Assembly: GCF_009914755.1 (NCBI RefSeq)
Contig: NC_060926.1
Length of the DNA stretch: 64,000 bases
Strand: one strand, 5' to 3'
Source: the human T2T-CHM13v2.0 reference genome, Homo sapiens
Within the stretch, counting starts at the first letter, position 1. The number at the start of each line of letters is the position of its first letter. Shown here piece by piece: positions 19,198 to 37,942 of the stretch. The translations under genes and the position numbers were made by a program. The notes under the pieces are model-generated. The model was not told where the DNA came from. It made no database searches and worked only from the letters and a program-made list of their open reading frames with translations.

Positions 19198-20327
19198 AAA
19201 AGAAAATCTTAAAAACAGCAAGATAAGAAAGATACAATAAGTAAAAAAGAGCAAGGATACCAAACATAGTAGGCGTCTCACCAGAGACTACACAAGCCAG
19301 AATACAATGAAGAAACACATTTAAAATACTGAACATGTATTCACCTAAAATTCCTTAACCAGCAAAAACATATTTCAAAAGTGAACATTAAATGGATATA
19401 TTTTTGAGACAAAATCTGAGCTAATTCCCTACCATCAGACCTGCTCTACAAGAAAAAGAAAAAAAAAAAATCTGTTTCTTCAAAAAGAAAGAAAATAATA
19501 CCAAAATGAAAATGTGGATGTAAAAAAATGGAATGAAGAATGTTAAGAATGAAAAACATGGATAGTCATAAAAATACATTTAACCACTTTTAATATCTAG
19601 GAAACATAATTGTTTAAAGCAATAATAATAATGTATTGTGAGGTTTATGGTATACATATAAATAAAAGGTATAAATATGATGTCACAAGAAGGGGATTAT
19701 TGAATGCATACTGTGGCAAGGTTCTCACCCTAAACTGAAGTGGAAAATTATTATTTGAGTATGGGCTTTGATAAATTAAAATTGCATAATGTTAATCCTA
19801 GAAAAACCACTAAAACAAAGAACATACAAAACAAAACAAAAGAACAATAAAAAGGTGCAACTATTAATCTAACAGTAGAGATAAATGGAATAATTTTTTA
19901 AAAAGCTCAATTAATAAAATGCAAAGGATAGTAAAGAATAGATGAAAAAATAGTCAACAAATAGCAAGAGAGTAATTTAAAACACAATCATATTCATTAG
20001 TTCAGTAAATGTAGATTAAAAAAAAAACACTCCCCAATTAAAGGCAGAGATTGTTAGATTGGATTAAAACAACCACAAAAAAAGATTCAACCATATTCTA
20101 TTCTACAGTAAATCTAAACTAAACCCAAAACCAAAGATAAAAGGGTGAAAAAAAAGTATATACTACAAACACTAATCAGAAGAAACTGGAGTGGCTGTGT
20201 TATTATTAAAGTAATATTTCAAAACAAGAGATATATCATAATGATAATTCCAGGGATAGACAGGAATCTATCACAATGATAAAGAACCTACAAAAATCCT
20301 AAATGTGTAGCCATATAATAAAAATGC

Positions 20328-24711
<4,384 letters not shown>

Positions 24712-24718
24712 AAAAATG

Positions 24719-25978
24719 TATCAATGTGCATGAAGCCAAAATGTATAGAGCCAGAATGAGAAATAAACAAATCTACAATTATAGGTGGAGATTTCAATAC
24801 TCCTTTTCCAGTAAGTTATAGATTAAAAGGAAATCAATAAAAATATAGAATACTAAACAAAACTGTCAACCAAGTTGACCTAATTGATATTCATAGAACA
24901 TTCACCAAACAACAGCGTATTCCAGTCTCTTGAGGTACACATAAAACATTCAAAAGATAGATAAGATGATGAGCCATAAAATAAATCTCATCAAATTGAA
25001 GATAATTAAAATTATACAGAATAACTTCTCTGATCATAATTAACTTAAGTAGAAATCAGTAACAGAAAGGCAACTGAAAGACTCCAAAACATTTGGAAAT
25101 CATATTACACACTTGTAAATAAGCCATGAATCAAAGGAGAAATTAAAAAGAAATTAGGAAATATTTTGAACTGAAAGAAAAACCCAACATATTAAGATTT
25201 CTAGATTTCAGCTTACAACTTAAACAATATTTAAAGAACACTTTATAGCATCAAATGCTTATATTAGAAAGGAAGGAAGATCTTAAATAAAATAAATGAT
25301 ATCATCTTCTACCTCAAGAAACTAGAAAAAAAGAGCCAATTTAACCTAAATAAATAAGAAAATATTATAATGCAGGAGTCAATAAAATTAAAAATTGGTG
25401 ACCAAAAAAATCAGTAAAATTACAAACTGGTTTTATGAAAATATCATTAAACTTGATAAATCTCTAGCCAGACTAATAAAAAAACAGAAAATGCACAGAA
25501 TATCAATATCAGCAATGAAAGAGGAGACATCACTACAGATACTCCAGACATAGAAAAGATAATAAGAAAATATTGTGAATAACTTCATGACAATAAATTT
25601 GACAGCTTAGATGAAATGGACAAATTTCTGGAAAATTACAAATGACCAGTCCTGAAAGGAGAATAATATTTGAACTTTATATTTCTAAAACCCTGTATTT
25701 GAAGTCTTATATTCAATGTAGTTGACTTTAAATTTACAATAAAAATACTTTCCCACCAATGAAACTCCAGGCTCAGATGGTTTTATTCAAGAATTCCATC
25801 AAACATGTATAGAAAAAATAATATCAATTCTACACAAACTCTTACAAAATATAAAAAGGAAGGAGCACATCCCAACTCATTTTCTGAGGCTTGCATTGCT
25901 TTGATACCAAAACTAGAAAAAGGCATTAAAAAAAAACTACACACCAACATCCCTCATGAATATAGACAAAAAAAAAGC
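24719..25978 (+). mobile_element. Old L1M ORF2, right part (continuation of the 18000-20326 element)
   Basis: Resumes the ORF2 endonuclease sequence (catgaagccaaaatg ... ggagatttcaatac) exactly where the L1PA interrupted it. Confidence 0.78.
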
Positions 25979-26684
25979 CTCTCTTCCATGCAGCATTCCA
26001 AAGTTTTCCTAGACTTAATCATTTTCTCCTAGCTGCATTTACACCTTTCTGTGATGTATTATTATAAGCTGTTGTTCACACACCTGCCCTTGTCAGAGGA
26101 TTACAGGATAGTTTCCATAGTCCTTGCATGTCACAATGCCGGTAAGTCTGCATTCTTTTGATGCACATCCCAAAATTAAATTACACCTGGAAATAATCTC
26201 TTTTGTTACCTTTCTTGCCATCACTCTCTCTTTCACACTCATGCACACACATGCACACACACAGACACACAAAATCGTCTAGCAATGATTCCAAAGAATC
26301 TAACTTTTGAATTTAATAGAAGTAATACATTGGTTCCTTAGGTTACCATTTTATCCCTGTCACTAAAGAACAATTAATTTTTTTGCTTTATTGTTTTGTG
26401 TTAAATATTCCTCCAACTTCAATGCTGATTTCACCTTCCTTCAATTCAGCACTGATTTTCACATTTTAAGGCTGTCTTCTTCTATATATATATATTTTAT
26501 ATAGGCTTTCATTTTAGGTCAGTTCTTCCAAGATATGCTGAAATCTGAATGGTAGAAAGTTAAAAGTTTTCATTAGAGGAAATGATAATATTCTGACCTC
26601 TGACACCTCTTAGTGTTGCTCTAAGTTCAGGTCTAAGACTCAGTTTCTGACCTGGGGGAAAAATGGAGCTAATAATTTCCTTGA

Positions 26685-27009
<325 letters not shown>

Positions 27010-27119
27010 AGATGAGATTTTTTTTAATGTATAAAGATGGTTTTGTGAATGGTAAAATAATGTACAAATGCAAAGAATTGTTGTATTATTTTATACACAT
27101 AAAAGTAGTATAAATAATA

Positions 27120-27350
27120 TTTAAGAATAGGGGCTTGGGGATAATAGTTCCATAGTTCACGCCCTGGCTTTGACACGTACTCGCTGTCTGACCTTGGGCA
27201 AGTGACTTATTCTTGGTCTCAGTTTCCTCATCTATAAAATGGAGATAATAATATCCGTAATATAGGCCTACTATAATAATTAAATACATTAATTTACAAA
27301 GTGGTTACAAAGTATTTGATATATACTAAGGGATTAATAGATTGTGAGTT
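27120..27350 (+). mobile_element. MIR
   Basis: gaccttgggcaagtgactt ... ctcagtttcctcatctataaaatggagataataata. Confidence 0.8.
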
Positions 27351-27854
27351 GTGGGCTTGAAAACTAAAAATATGGATTGTGGTGGATTATGAAGGACATT
27401 GAATAAAATGATAATGTATTTGTCAGTCCACAAGGAACCACTAGAAGATTTTGAAGAAGGGGAATGGCATTAACGAATAGATGGTATGAGAACAGTAAGC
27501 CAATGGGAATACTAAGTATAGTGGGAGAAACTTGGGAGGGAAAGGCATCTAGGAACATACAGCCTGGGTCTTGGTCACTGACGATTAACCACTTTGATGA
27601 GATAAGGGGAGGTAAGTGGAGAGGGAGAGAAAAGACAGTGTTAATAAACATGTGATAGGATGCAAAATTCTTTGCCTAACGTAAGGCCAATGATGGGATA
27701 ATTCACTCTAAAACTTGAATAAGCCCATTGGCAATAATTGATTGCAGAATAATATGAGATTGTTCCTGATTTTGCTCAAAATCAAAGTTCCATGATATCA
27801 GGAGGACAGCTATATGATGTTTGTAAATGAATTTCTAAGTGAAAAAATATCTCA

Positions 27855-28040
27855 TTTTCAATTCCAGCCTCACCACTAACCGGGTCATGTTAGGCAGATA
27901 ACTTACCTGAACCTCTTTTCTTCAACTATGCAATGAGGATAATAACACTACCTCATAGTTTTGGTGTGAAAATGACGTGATGTGACATGTAAATGCTTGA
28001 TGCAAGTTTCTTACACAAGGAAGGTATTCGATAAAGTATA
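27855..28040 (+). mobile_element. MIR
   Basis: Degenerate MIR core (aatgaggataataacactacctcatag). Confidence 0.6.
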
Positions 28041-28610
28041 ATTTCAGTCTTTATCTCTCAGATCTATTAAATTATACTGCAATGGTATGAAATGGCAGGA
28101 GATGGGAAGCCTGGACCAGGGGCTTTCATATGCTAGAGGTTCCATCTTCTGACAACAGCCCAGAAGGTTCTGCAAAGCTTCTCTTGTTGGCTTAAGATCT
28201 CAGTCAAGCTGCAGCTCTCCTGATTGACAACCTTGCTAAATTACACTGAGTGACTATCCAAATTTGGCATATTAATTAAGGTTTATATTTGAATTTATTG
28301 CATTAGATATCTTGCAAGACCAACATTGATTCAATGATTGACACTTTTATTAAAATGATCTGTTACATTAGATAAGAAATTAGTTCTTTCTCTCATATAC
28401 CTCCAAGTTAAAAAAAAGTTCCCACATTTGTTTGATTGTTTCAAAGTTTTGTACCATAATGAATTATTTCTCTTTTCATAGTTTTTCGATAATAATTATA
28501 TTTTAATTAAATTGGTTTTTTTTAAATCTTCCAAACATAGTTCGAAGTTGTGGCTCCTACCTTTGCTCACATTTTGTTAATTTTCATTTTTAGAATTATA
28601 TCCTTTAAGG

Positions 28611-28831
28611 CAGTGGTCCCCAGCATTTTTGGCATCAGGGACCAGTTTTGTGGAAGACAATTTTTCTACAGACCAGGAGGAGGGGGAATGGTTTTGGGAT
28701 GATTCAAGTGCATTACATTTATTATTTACATTTAGAAATAAATGTGTATATATATACATTTATTAGAAATAAACTGCACTTTATTTTTATTATTATTACA
28801 TTGTAATATATAATGAAATAATTATACAACT
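28611..28831 (+). mobile_element. MER1A (hAT-Charlie) 5' part, with an internal ~51-nt insertion
   Basis: cagtggtccccagcatttttggcatcagggaccagttttgtggaagacaattttt ... aatgaaataattatacaact. Confidence 0.88.
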
Positions 28832-29334
28832 GGGCAGGGGGATCTCTATTTTTTTGTCCTCACACATTTGAAAGATCTTCCTTTAATGGTCCTAGGTTTA
28901 TGAGAGAGGAAATTCCTATTACATGGCCTGTCTTGGGTGAGTCCAGGTCTTGTCTCCTATTCTTAGTACCCCATGCCATGAAAACTAAAGTTCAAATTCT
29001 CCAGGTTCAGCAGACACTCTCAGGGTAAAATCTAACTGCTTGACTTGGCTTACCTAGGTTTTCTCCCTGCTTATTTTTCTAGCCTAAAAAAAAAATTTTC
29101 TACCAGCTCATCTATATACTTAAGAAGCAGCAGTTTTTTTAGAAAAATATATTTTTAGTTAGGATATTTAGTCACTTTTAAAAAGAAGGTTGGTCTGAGT
29201 ACCTCATTCACCATTTTATCAGAATTCTGAAATACAGTATTTCCATAATAATTATTTTTTAAATATTCTGCCATTTTAGGTTTTGTTTTATTTCTAGGTT
29301 GTAAGGGATTTGTTTTTCATTGGATTATTCTGCC

Positions 29335-29665
29335 AGTTATCATTCGACTGCAATACAGAAAACCACAGTTCAGTGTTGCCTTAAACTCATGTGAGGACTG
29401 GGCCGCCTTGCCCGGGACAAAGCCCCTCCCCATCACTTCCCTGGGCTGTGCTGGAGATGTGGGCGTGCAGCCACTTTTCCTCATGTCTTTCATTTTGTAG
29501 TCACAAGGTGGCTGCCCCCTCCAGGTGTCACATTTGCTTTCCAAGCAGGAAGAAACCAAAAGTGGAGAGAGCATTAAGGGCTAGCCCTGCATCAAGAACG
29601 CAAAAGCTTTCCAGAAGTTTCTTACTGGTCAGAATTGTGTCAGATGGCGGCCCAGCTGCAACTGT
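29335..29665 (-). mobile_element. Old MLT1 (J/K/L-like) MaLR LTR
   Basis: gtcacaaggtggctgcc ... ccaagcaggaagaa ... ggtcagaattgtgtcagatggc motifs. Confidence 0.55.
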
Positions 29666-29799
29666 TGCCACCCAAATAAAACAGAGGTTCCACCAAAAAG
29701 GCCAGCAGAAAAAATGACTATGGAGAGGTCCTGAGTAGCATCTACCACAGCTGCTCACTTCCAGCTTCCACAGCACTGTCTTCAGCCAACACCCGAACT

Positions 29800-31360
29800 G
29801 TTTCTACATTCAGAATGTTTCTTCTTTGTGGCCTGACATTTGATCCATCAATACAAATGTATTTTATGTACCTTATAATTATTATTTGGTCTTCTATATT
29901 TTTGCTTTTTTTCATTTATTTGGTACAGCATAAGCTAACAAAGATACATTAAAGTTTACTTGTTTTGTTGAGTTTCCCATATGACTTTTTTCACATTCGG
30001 TGCCTTAATGTTCATGATTAATCTTCATTACAAATTGTAAACTTTTTTCATAATATAGTATTTATCTTTGCTTCACGTTTTTTGCTTATCGTTAAAACTT
30101 GCTAGATACTAATTTTACAATTCTATTGTATTTTTATTTGCATTTCCTGCGCACATCACCACCCTTTCTGTTGCAGTTATGTCTCGTCGTTTGCATCTAT
30201 TTATTCCTCAGATCTCTCCATCTTCTCTCCTTGCCCAAGCTCAATGTTCTTTTAATTTCTTATTATAATATTTTGTAATATTTGCATCCTACTCTGTAAT
30301 CATACTCTCCATGGTCATAAAACCTCATGTTTCATTTCAGTGAATTCAATGTTACCACTAGTCTTTTTCTTTTTTTCTTTCTTCCATCCTCCCTCCCTTT
30401 TCCTTTCTCTTCCCTCCTTCCCCTCTTCTCTCCTCCCTTCCCTCCTTCATTCTTTTCCTTCTTCTTTACCCTCTTCCTGTTACTCCTTCTCCTCCTTCAC
30501 CTTAACATATCTCTTCATCTTCTGTTTGTCTACAGTTTGTTCTCTCATACTTTTGGCTTTTTTTTTTTTTTCTGGCAGGGCTATTGAGAGTATATACTCT
30601 GGAGAGTATTCAGAGTATAAACGCCTCAAGAGACAGGTCTGTTTTTTGTATACTTGGATAGCAGGAAGGTTGCATATAAACATTTTTAGTTGTACTTCCA
30701 TCCTCTAAGAATTTTGTAAATACTATTCCACTTTCTTCCACATTTGAGTGCTATAAAGGTCTGAGGCTAACCAGCCTTGTTCTCCTTAAGGAAAATTTGA
30801 TTCTTCCCTGTGTGCCATAGAAATATTTCTGCTAGTTTTAGTAAAATATGTTAGAGTAGTTTTGTTCTGAATTTGTTTTATCTGGAGCATGTCGCCTTTC
30901 CATGTGTGGACTCTGATCTTTTAAGAAATTTTCAAAAATTTAAAATCAGCATTTAAGATTTTTACCTTGCATGATTTTTTCCTTCTCTTTTCCAGGTAGG
31001 ATTGTGATTATATGAGATATCCCAGATCTGCCTTAACTACCAATGCTTTCTACTATAACCCTTTGCAATGCGCTTCTTTTTCTGCTGCATTTTGTCCAGT
31101 CTTTCCAACTTGCTCCTTATATCCCAGCATGTATTTTAGCCAGGTATGTTTTTTTAACTTCTTATAATAACTTTCTAATTTCTGTAATGATTATTTCTCA
31201 TTTAATTTCTTTGTTTCTTTATCTCTACTTAAAGGCCCTATGTTTCTCCTTGAGTCCTTATCTCAGAAAGATCACATTTTCATTAATATGTTTGAATCCA
31301 CAGAGAACTATGTGTTCATATATTTCTTAGTCTTTAAGGCACCATTTTTTCCTGAGATAT
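29800..31360 (-). mobile_element. Highly degraded antisense L1M/HAL1-like fragments
   Basis: T-rich sequence with tattccactttcttc ... aaggtctgaggctaacc ORF1-like motif; limits uncertain. Confidence 0.35.
30362..30505. repeat. CT-rich low-complexity tract
   Basis: Near-pure polypyrimidine run. Confidence 0.85.
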
Positions 31361-31468
31361 CTATCTATACACACATACACATATATTGTGCATACATACA
31401 CATATACACATATATATACCTATATACACACACGCATACCTATTATATATATATATATATATATATAT
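31358..31468. repeat. (CA/TA)n compound microsatellite
   Basis: Mixed TACA units ending in about (TA)12. Confidence 0.85.
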
Positions 31469-34350
31469 CCTTTACTTTTCGTATTCTAATTCTCTATTCA
31501 TGATAGGAGTAAGTTTGCATAGGTCTCATGCCTTTTAATGAATATTTATCTTTGAATGAATCATCTACTTGCAGGATCGTGTTGGAGAGGGGAAGCAGAT
31601 TGAGCCTCAAGAGTTGGAACTCTAAACCTCAGTTCATCACCTCTGAGCTCTTTCTCAACAACTCACTCCACCAGAGACCTGGCCCTTCTGTGGCCCACAT
31701 GTCTCAGGCTTTAGATCAACTTTATTTTCAGCTCTCAAGACCATTAGGTGCACTTCCCTTCCATCCATTTACACCAATCATCGTCTTTTTTCAGAGATGC
31801 TAACTCTATACAGCTCCTCATTCATTTCCGCTGTACCTTCCATTTCATAAAATCGAATGGAGGACAGAAATCTAAAAGCCAAGAGGCTCCCAAAGCTTGT
31901 CCATCAGTGTTTCCCACCTGCCCTGGAGAACTCCTTCCTCTACCCACTGTGCTCAGAGTTCACGGAGATGCAACAACCTCCCCCAGTGTTCTTCCTCGCC
32001 CTGAACGTTACTCAGTCATTGGTACTTCTACCCTCCAAGAGTTTTTAATGTGGTAGGGAAATGTTTTTTGGCAAAATAGCAAATGATAAAAAGGATACAG
32101 AAATCATATGATTAGAAATGGGCAGAAATTATCAAAATAGTAACAATGGTTATTATTTCTTGAATAGCAGAATTATAGATGATTGTCATTTTTTAAAATG
32201 TCCTGCAATAGCTACATAATAACTTGTATAACCAGAAAAATATGATGCATTAAAAAAGACGGGCCTCTTATGTCAGCAAGTTCTAGGGAGACACAGACAT
32301 TATCATCAAATCCATGACTGGCTCTTCCTCCAGCTCTTGAGTGGACGTGCTCTGCTTCCACAGCCCTAATTGAATGAATGGGGTGCAAAGCTGAAATCCG
32401 ATCACTTTAGAACTCTTCCAGAAAGCTAGGAAATGTTGCATATGAAATACCTGGAGCTTTCTGGGAAGTGGAAGGAGTTCATGCCATCATTATAAGAAAC
32501 ATTTCTGACCTTCTCATATACATTGTTCTATCCCTAGCAAATCTGCTTTTTACATAGTTAAACCTCTAGAATGAATTTACCTCATTAAGCAGAAGCAGGG
32601 CAAATGAACAAGGGATGTAATTCCAGAGAACAGAACTCACAGCTGGCAGGGCTAGCACAGCCTCCTCTCAAGGTCCTGGGCCCATCTCTCCTTGCTTTGT
32701 ATCACTTTGTCTTTATAAAGGAATCAAAAGAGCCCTAGTCCATCACTAATGCAGAAACACAAGCACAATGCTGAGGGTGGAATACTCACAGAGAAACGAC
32801 CAGATAGAGGTTGGAAAACAAAAGCAGCCAATGTGACTAGCATCCCTTCAAAAGTAAGTCCTCGTACACTTTCTGTATCCTAAGAAAGCAGACACATAAG
32901 CTGAAAGAAATTGGGACAATTCGAGAACTAAACTAAATGTACAAATATTTAAACATGGTCTTAAACTTACCTAACATGTCACTGTCTTCATACAAAACAC
33001 ACACACACACACACACATATATATACTCACATAAAATCTATAGAAATACAGGATTTTGCTCAAAATAAGAAGGAGTTCTTTAACAAGTAGAAATTCTGTA
33101 AATGATATGGACTGGCTGATGCTAGGGAGAGTTAGGGAAGGTAACTGGAATGCCGCTTTAGTTCCCAGAGGTGAGTCTGCAGTACGTAATTCTTCCGAGT
33201 ACAATCTGCCTTATCTATGTGATAATACATCTTTAAACATTAGACTCAGTAATTTTAACTGCAATAAACCCAACCCACCCATGTTTTGCCCTTCAACACA
33301 AACCACTAAATTCCAGAACATGGCCAAAGGCACAGATCATCTCTAAATTAGCTCTAAAAAATTTTTAGAAGGCTTAATTGTAAACAAAGAAGAGAGTGAA
33401 CATTTTCAGATGACTGTAGATGGCTAAGATTTCAACTGTTGGATCACTTCCTGAATTTTCTGTGCAAAACATCAAGTTTTAAAATAAGAACTACTGTTTA
33501 TGGATGCAAAAAATACCCCAACTTTCCAAATGCACCTCATGTCATTAGATTAATTTGCTATGCACCTCAGGCAATTATGTTAGTGGCAAAGCTATTCTTC
33601 CAGACCTCGTCCCCAAGCAGGCACTATAATTAGAGAAAGCCTACATCCCAACAGACAAAACCTCTGCAGACTGGAAGGCAGAGCCCATTACGTTTACCCC
33701 AAGCACCTCTGACTCTCTCTGTGTGCCGAGGACGAGGTAAATGTGCATTGTGAAAATTAACACAGCCAGAAAGGAAGCATCCCACAGCGCGAATCAATAC
33801 TCAGCAAAGGATAATGGGATTCCTGCTCAGGCAGCTGTGTCCTGCCCCTCCCATTAGCACCTGTCAGTAAGAGCAGTCAGGGCCAGGCGATGGGCACCTG
33901 CCTCCCAGCTCAATCCTGACGACGATCATTAGCTCCAGCCGGCACAGAGGCACCCCACGCTGCCAAATAGTGTCCTTTTCTCCTTAAATGCGAACAAACA
34001 ATGACTTCTCCTCTAATAGCTGGCACAGATCTTGTTAATCTTTCTTGTTTCACTTCTGTTTTGCCCTTAGCACAGTGTGTAGGAAGAGATCGACTTGAAG
34101 GCAGAAATTAGGTTATTCAAGTTAATTTCAGGACATGCTCTACTCAGAGGCTTAGAACCATCTAGGCTGGCCTGCCTCACCTAGAGGTAATCACAGGATG
34201 GAAATAATACTCTATCGATCATGTGACCTGGTAAATAATCAATATCTACCCTTTGGACTTTTGTTACTACCACTTGCGAAAAGAAAAGACTGAACGATTT
34301 CACATGGCTAAAAATCTCCCCCTGCCTTCTTTTTCCCTTCCTATTACTTA

Positions 34351-34545
34351 CTCCTTCCTTCCTTCCTTCCTTCCTTCCTTCCTTCCTTCCTTCCTTCCTT
34401 CTTTCTTTCCTTCCTTCCTTCTTTCTTTCCTTCCTTCCTCCCACCATCCTCCTCCCTCCTCTCCCCTTCCTCCCTCCCTCCCTCCCTTCTTTCCTTCCTT
34501 CCTCTCTTTCTCCCTTTCTATCTTTTTTCCCCTCCATCCTCCTTC
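34351..34545. repeat. (TTCC)n/(CCT)n polypyrimidine repeat
   Basis: Perfect TTCC array decaying into a CT-rich tract. Confidence 0.95.
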
Positions 34546-34658
34546 CAAAGTAGAAGTGAATAGTCATTGAAAGGAAAACTGGACATATAAAATATCGTTA
34601 ACACTTACCCCTGGGAAGGGGTATTTTTAAGTGCTTCTCTTAACAGCTGAAGTTCTGA

Positions 34659-34702
34659 GTGTGTGTGTGTGTGTGTGTTTGTGTGTGTGTGTGCGCGCGC
34701 GC
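34659..34702. repeat. (GT)n(GC)n microsatellite
   Basis: Direct reading of the sequence. Confidence 0.93.
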
Positions 34703-37700
34703 AAGTCTCTGGAGGACCCAAAAGTGGAGTAGGGGCCCAGGCCAGGCACCCTTCACTTGCCCTGTAGGTCAAGCTGTTTCCAAATGCTCTATGGTAAGGG
34801 GCCAGGAGTGCTAACATCTTCCAGAAATTCATAATGAGCTGTGACTTTTACCCTGGTATATAATATCCTATCCAAAAGAATTGCAAAGAGACTTCTAAAC
34901 TAAATTGGAGGTCTTTTTTGCTTTTGTCTTTTTCTGTAGGCCTGATTTTCTTCTTAACATTACCTGTATATGGACTTATGATCCAGCCACAGCCTATTCT
35001 TAGGACAAGCCAGTTGGTTCAATTGGGAGGAAATCAGCAAAACTTCAGAAAGTATTGCATAATATTTATTTAATCCTTCTTCCCATCATGTATTCACTCC
35101 TCCAATCATTCACAAGTATCGATTGAGCACCTGCTTAGGGCCAGATGCTTGTGTCTCATAGTTAAGTTGGGGGAGTCGACTTAGGTAAAAGAAGGGAAGG
35201 GCATGAAAGGGAAGGTGTTTTCACTAAGTCTGGTAATTTCTAAAGAACTCTGGAGACCAGAGACTAAAAACCCTCAAATTCACTGACAAACAGTATGAAT
35301 AAACTCCTGGTCCCATTCTTTTTGCAATGAAAGGTTTGCCACTGGAATATCTAAAAAAAAAAAAAAAAAAATTCTTATAAAAAAGCAATACACATTTATT
35401 CTAGAAAGTATAGATAAGAAAATGAAAAAATATTTAAGTTGTCTATAATCATCATACCAAACTTTTGGTATTTCTCTTCTGTGTGTGTGCATTTTTCTCT
35501 TGTCCATATAGTTTGAAACATTTGATATTATATCAAACCACATTTTGACATACAAAACAGCAATTTCATATGGCTTAACCTCATATTGCTGATAAATTTA
35601 TAGACATGGAAACATAGTGTACATATTTGTATCCTGATTTTTTCATTGAACCAAATAGCATGAATTCTTCTGACATTAAACATTTTTAAAGCTTAAAAGT
35701 AAACAAATTAAAGGAAACAATTTTCAATGGTTCGCCATTTTGCATTTTATGAATGTAAAATAAATGCTTAATTATAGCAAACTACTTAAAGAAAAATTTT
35801 CTGCTTTTTTGCATTTTCATATTGTTGTGAAAAACTTCCACATCTCAAGCTTCTTCCAGTCATGTCTTTGATGCTTTGAAGTCAAATATGAAAGATGTGT
35901 ACTTCAAGGCAAGAGCAAACATGACCACTTAGCATTTTGTAAATTAAGCTCGATTTTTGAATAATGCTTGTAAATCAAAGACTGTTAGTATGTGCACTTG
36001 ACCCTGATCTCCCACAGAATTAGTTTTTGCAATCAACAGCTTGTGCTGCCTAAATATTTACCTTCTGCCATCACTAAGCTATATGCTGCAATATATTTGT
36101 TGAAATATTCTTCCAGTTTTAATAATGTCCTTTCACTTAGGGACACCTATAACTGCAAGAGACTCGATACTGGTCCCCAGCACCTCCACTGAACATGTAA
36201 ACTAAAAGACCCCTTCCAGCTGCCTGAATTGGGTGATGCCCTCATGATTAAGACTAGAAAAGGAGATGGGGGTCACACAAAGTCAAAAAATGAGAAAAAC
36301 ATTCATTTAAAAAGCACACTGGGGGATCATTCACTTGAAAATTGGAAAGAGCAAATACTTCCATTTTATTAAGGCAAAAGCTTCAGTGGGTTACCGTGGG
36401 GGAAATTCTGCAAACTGAATGCATCCCAGCTTTTCCCAGGAAATCTTACATGGAGATGAATCACCCACCGTCCATATGCTTTGCCATATTTCACCAAGCA
36501 CATGACAGAATGCAACTTAGAAAACCCCCACGAATGTCATGCCAGTGCTCAGCCAGCCCTATCCATTTTGAAAATGGTGGAAGTGGGGATTCTGAAGGTG
36601 GATTTTATGTACTTGCAATGATGTGCTTTAAAATGCATAAAAATAAAATAAAATTCTTTCAAGAAATTTTAATTCCAAGAAACTACAGAGAATAAAGATT
36701 CTTCAAAAACGGTTTTGCCTTAGATAGCTCCCTAGTTTCACATTTGAATTGAAAAGTGTTTATTTGCTGAGCTAAATTCACCCTATACATTGCCATCCAT
36801 GAAGGAATTTTAGCCAAATAGCCTGAAACGTCTGCAGCAGGTAATCTCGGTTTCCTTACACTCTGAAAGTTGCGCTCCTAATTTTCCATGTTCCATGGAA
36901 CACACGTTTCCTTTAAAAACTTTTGAGTCTGCTTTGGGTGCTGGTTCTATGTCTCATCCAGAAGTGGGAGGCAGAAGTCAGCTGTTTGTAAATAGAAGGC
37001 AGCAACTGAGAAGGGATTATAATAATTTTCACTTTGATAGTATGTAACACTTGAAATTTCAGGGAGCTTTGCAAACTTGTAAGTATTATTTTCCTCATTT
37101 CTATTAGGAAGAAAACTGGGGCACAACTCACCCAAGACAATAAGTTAGTTAAAGTCAATAGTAGAAGTGGTAAGTGCAGGATCTCCTTTGCAAGCCATTG
37201 AATCATGCTCACTGTAAGTCACACCAAGTCGAGAGATGACATCATCAGGGCCGAACCCTGTCAGAACCGCACATATATAAAGCCCTTGCAACCACATGGA
37301 AATCACTGCTCATCCTGGGAAAAGTCTTTTGTTGTCCAAGAGATGACTGATCACATATTCACAGCTGGAGATTAAACAGATCCAAAGATGTAGTGGTGGC
37401 CACCTTTTGCCATCATTCCAAAAAGAGTAATGAACGGGGGTACCAGGAACCCAGCCTCCACATGTCCAGATGCTTCTCCTACTCACCCTCTCTGAGTGCT
37501 CAATACTATTTTTTTTAATGTCAAGTGCTATTTATTTTGACATTTTAAAAATGTCCCCAAAAGATAAATCAGTGTCTTTAAAGATGAATAATCCTGATAG
37601 TAAATTTACAGCTTTGAAAGTCAACACATATCCACATATCCCTCCCTTCACCATGCTGGCAGGTTTTGAAGCCTCTTGCAGGAACTAGAAGTAGCCCTTG

Positions 37701-37942
37701 TCCTCTTGACCAAGATTGACCAGACATTGAGGCAATGTTTTAATACATTAGCCAAAGCCTAAACTAGCACTCACATGGAAGCCTTTTTTATTTCTAGGAC
37801 TAACAAAGATCATACAAATAAACACATATAGTCAGATGCACATTGTAGAAAATCAATACATGCAGAATCCATTTTCTGTTTTTCAACCAATGTATCAAAT
37901 TAAATACAAAGCCAATTGTTCCATAAGATAATTTAATCCCTT

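Larger units (their letters stand above)
18000..20326 (+). mobile_element. Old L1M (ORF1 to ORF2 start), left part
   Basis: ORF1 relics and endonuclease-start motifs (ccaattaaaggcagagattgttagattggatt, ctggagtggctgtgttatta); continues after 24718. Confidence 0.7.
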
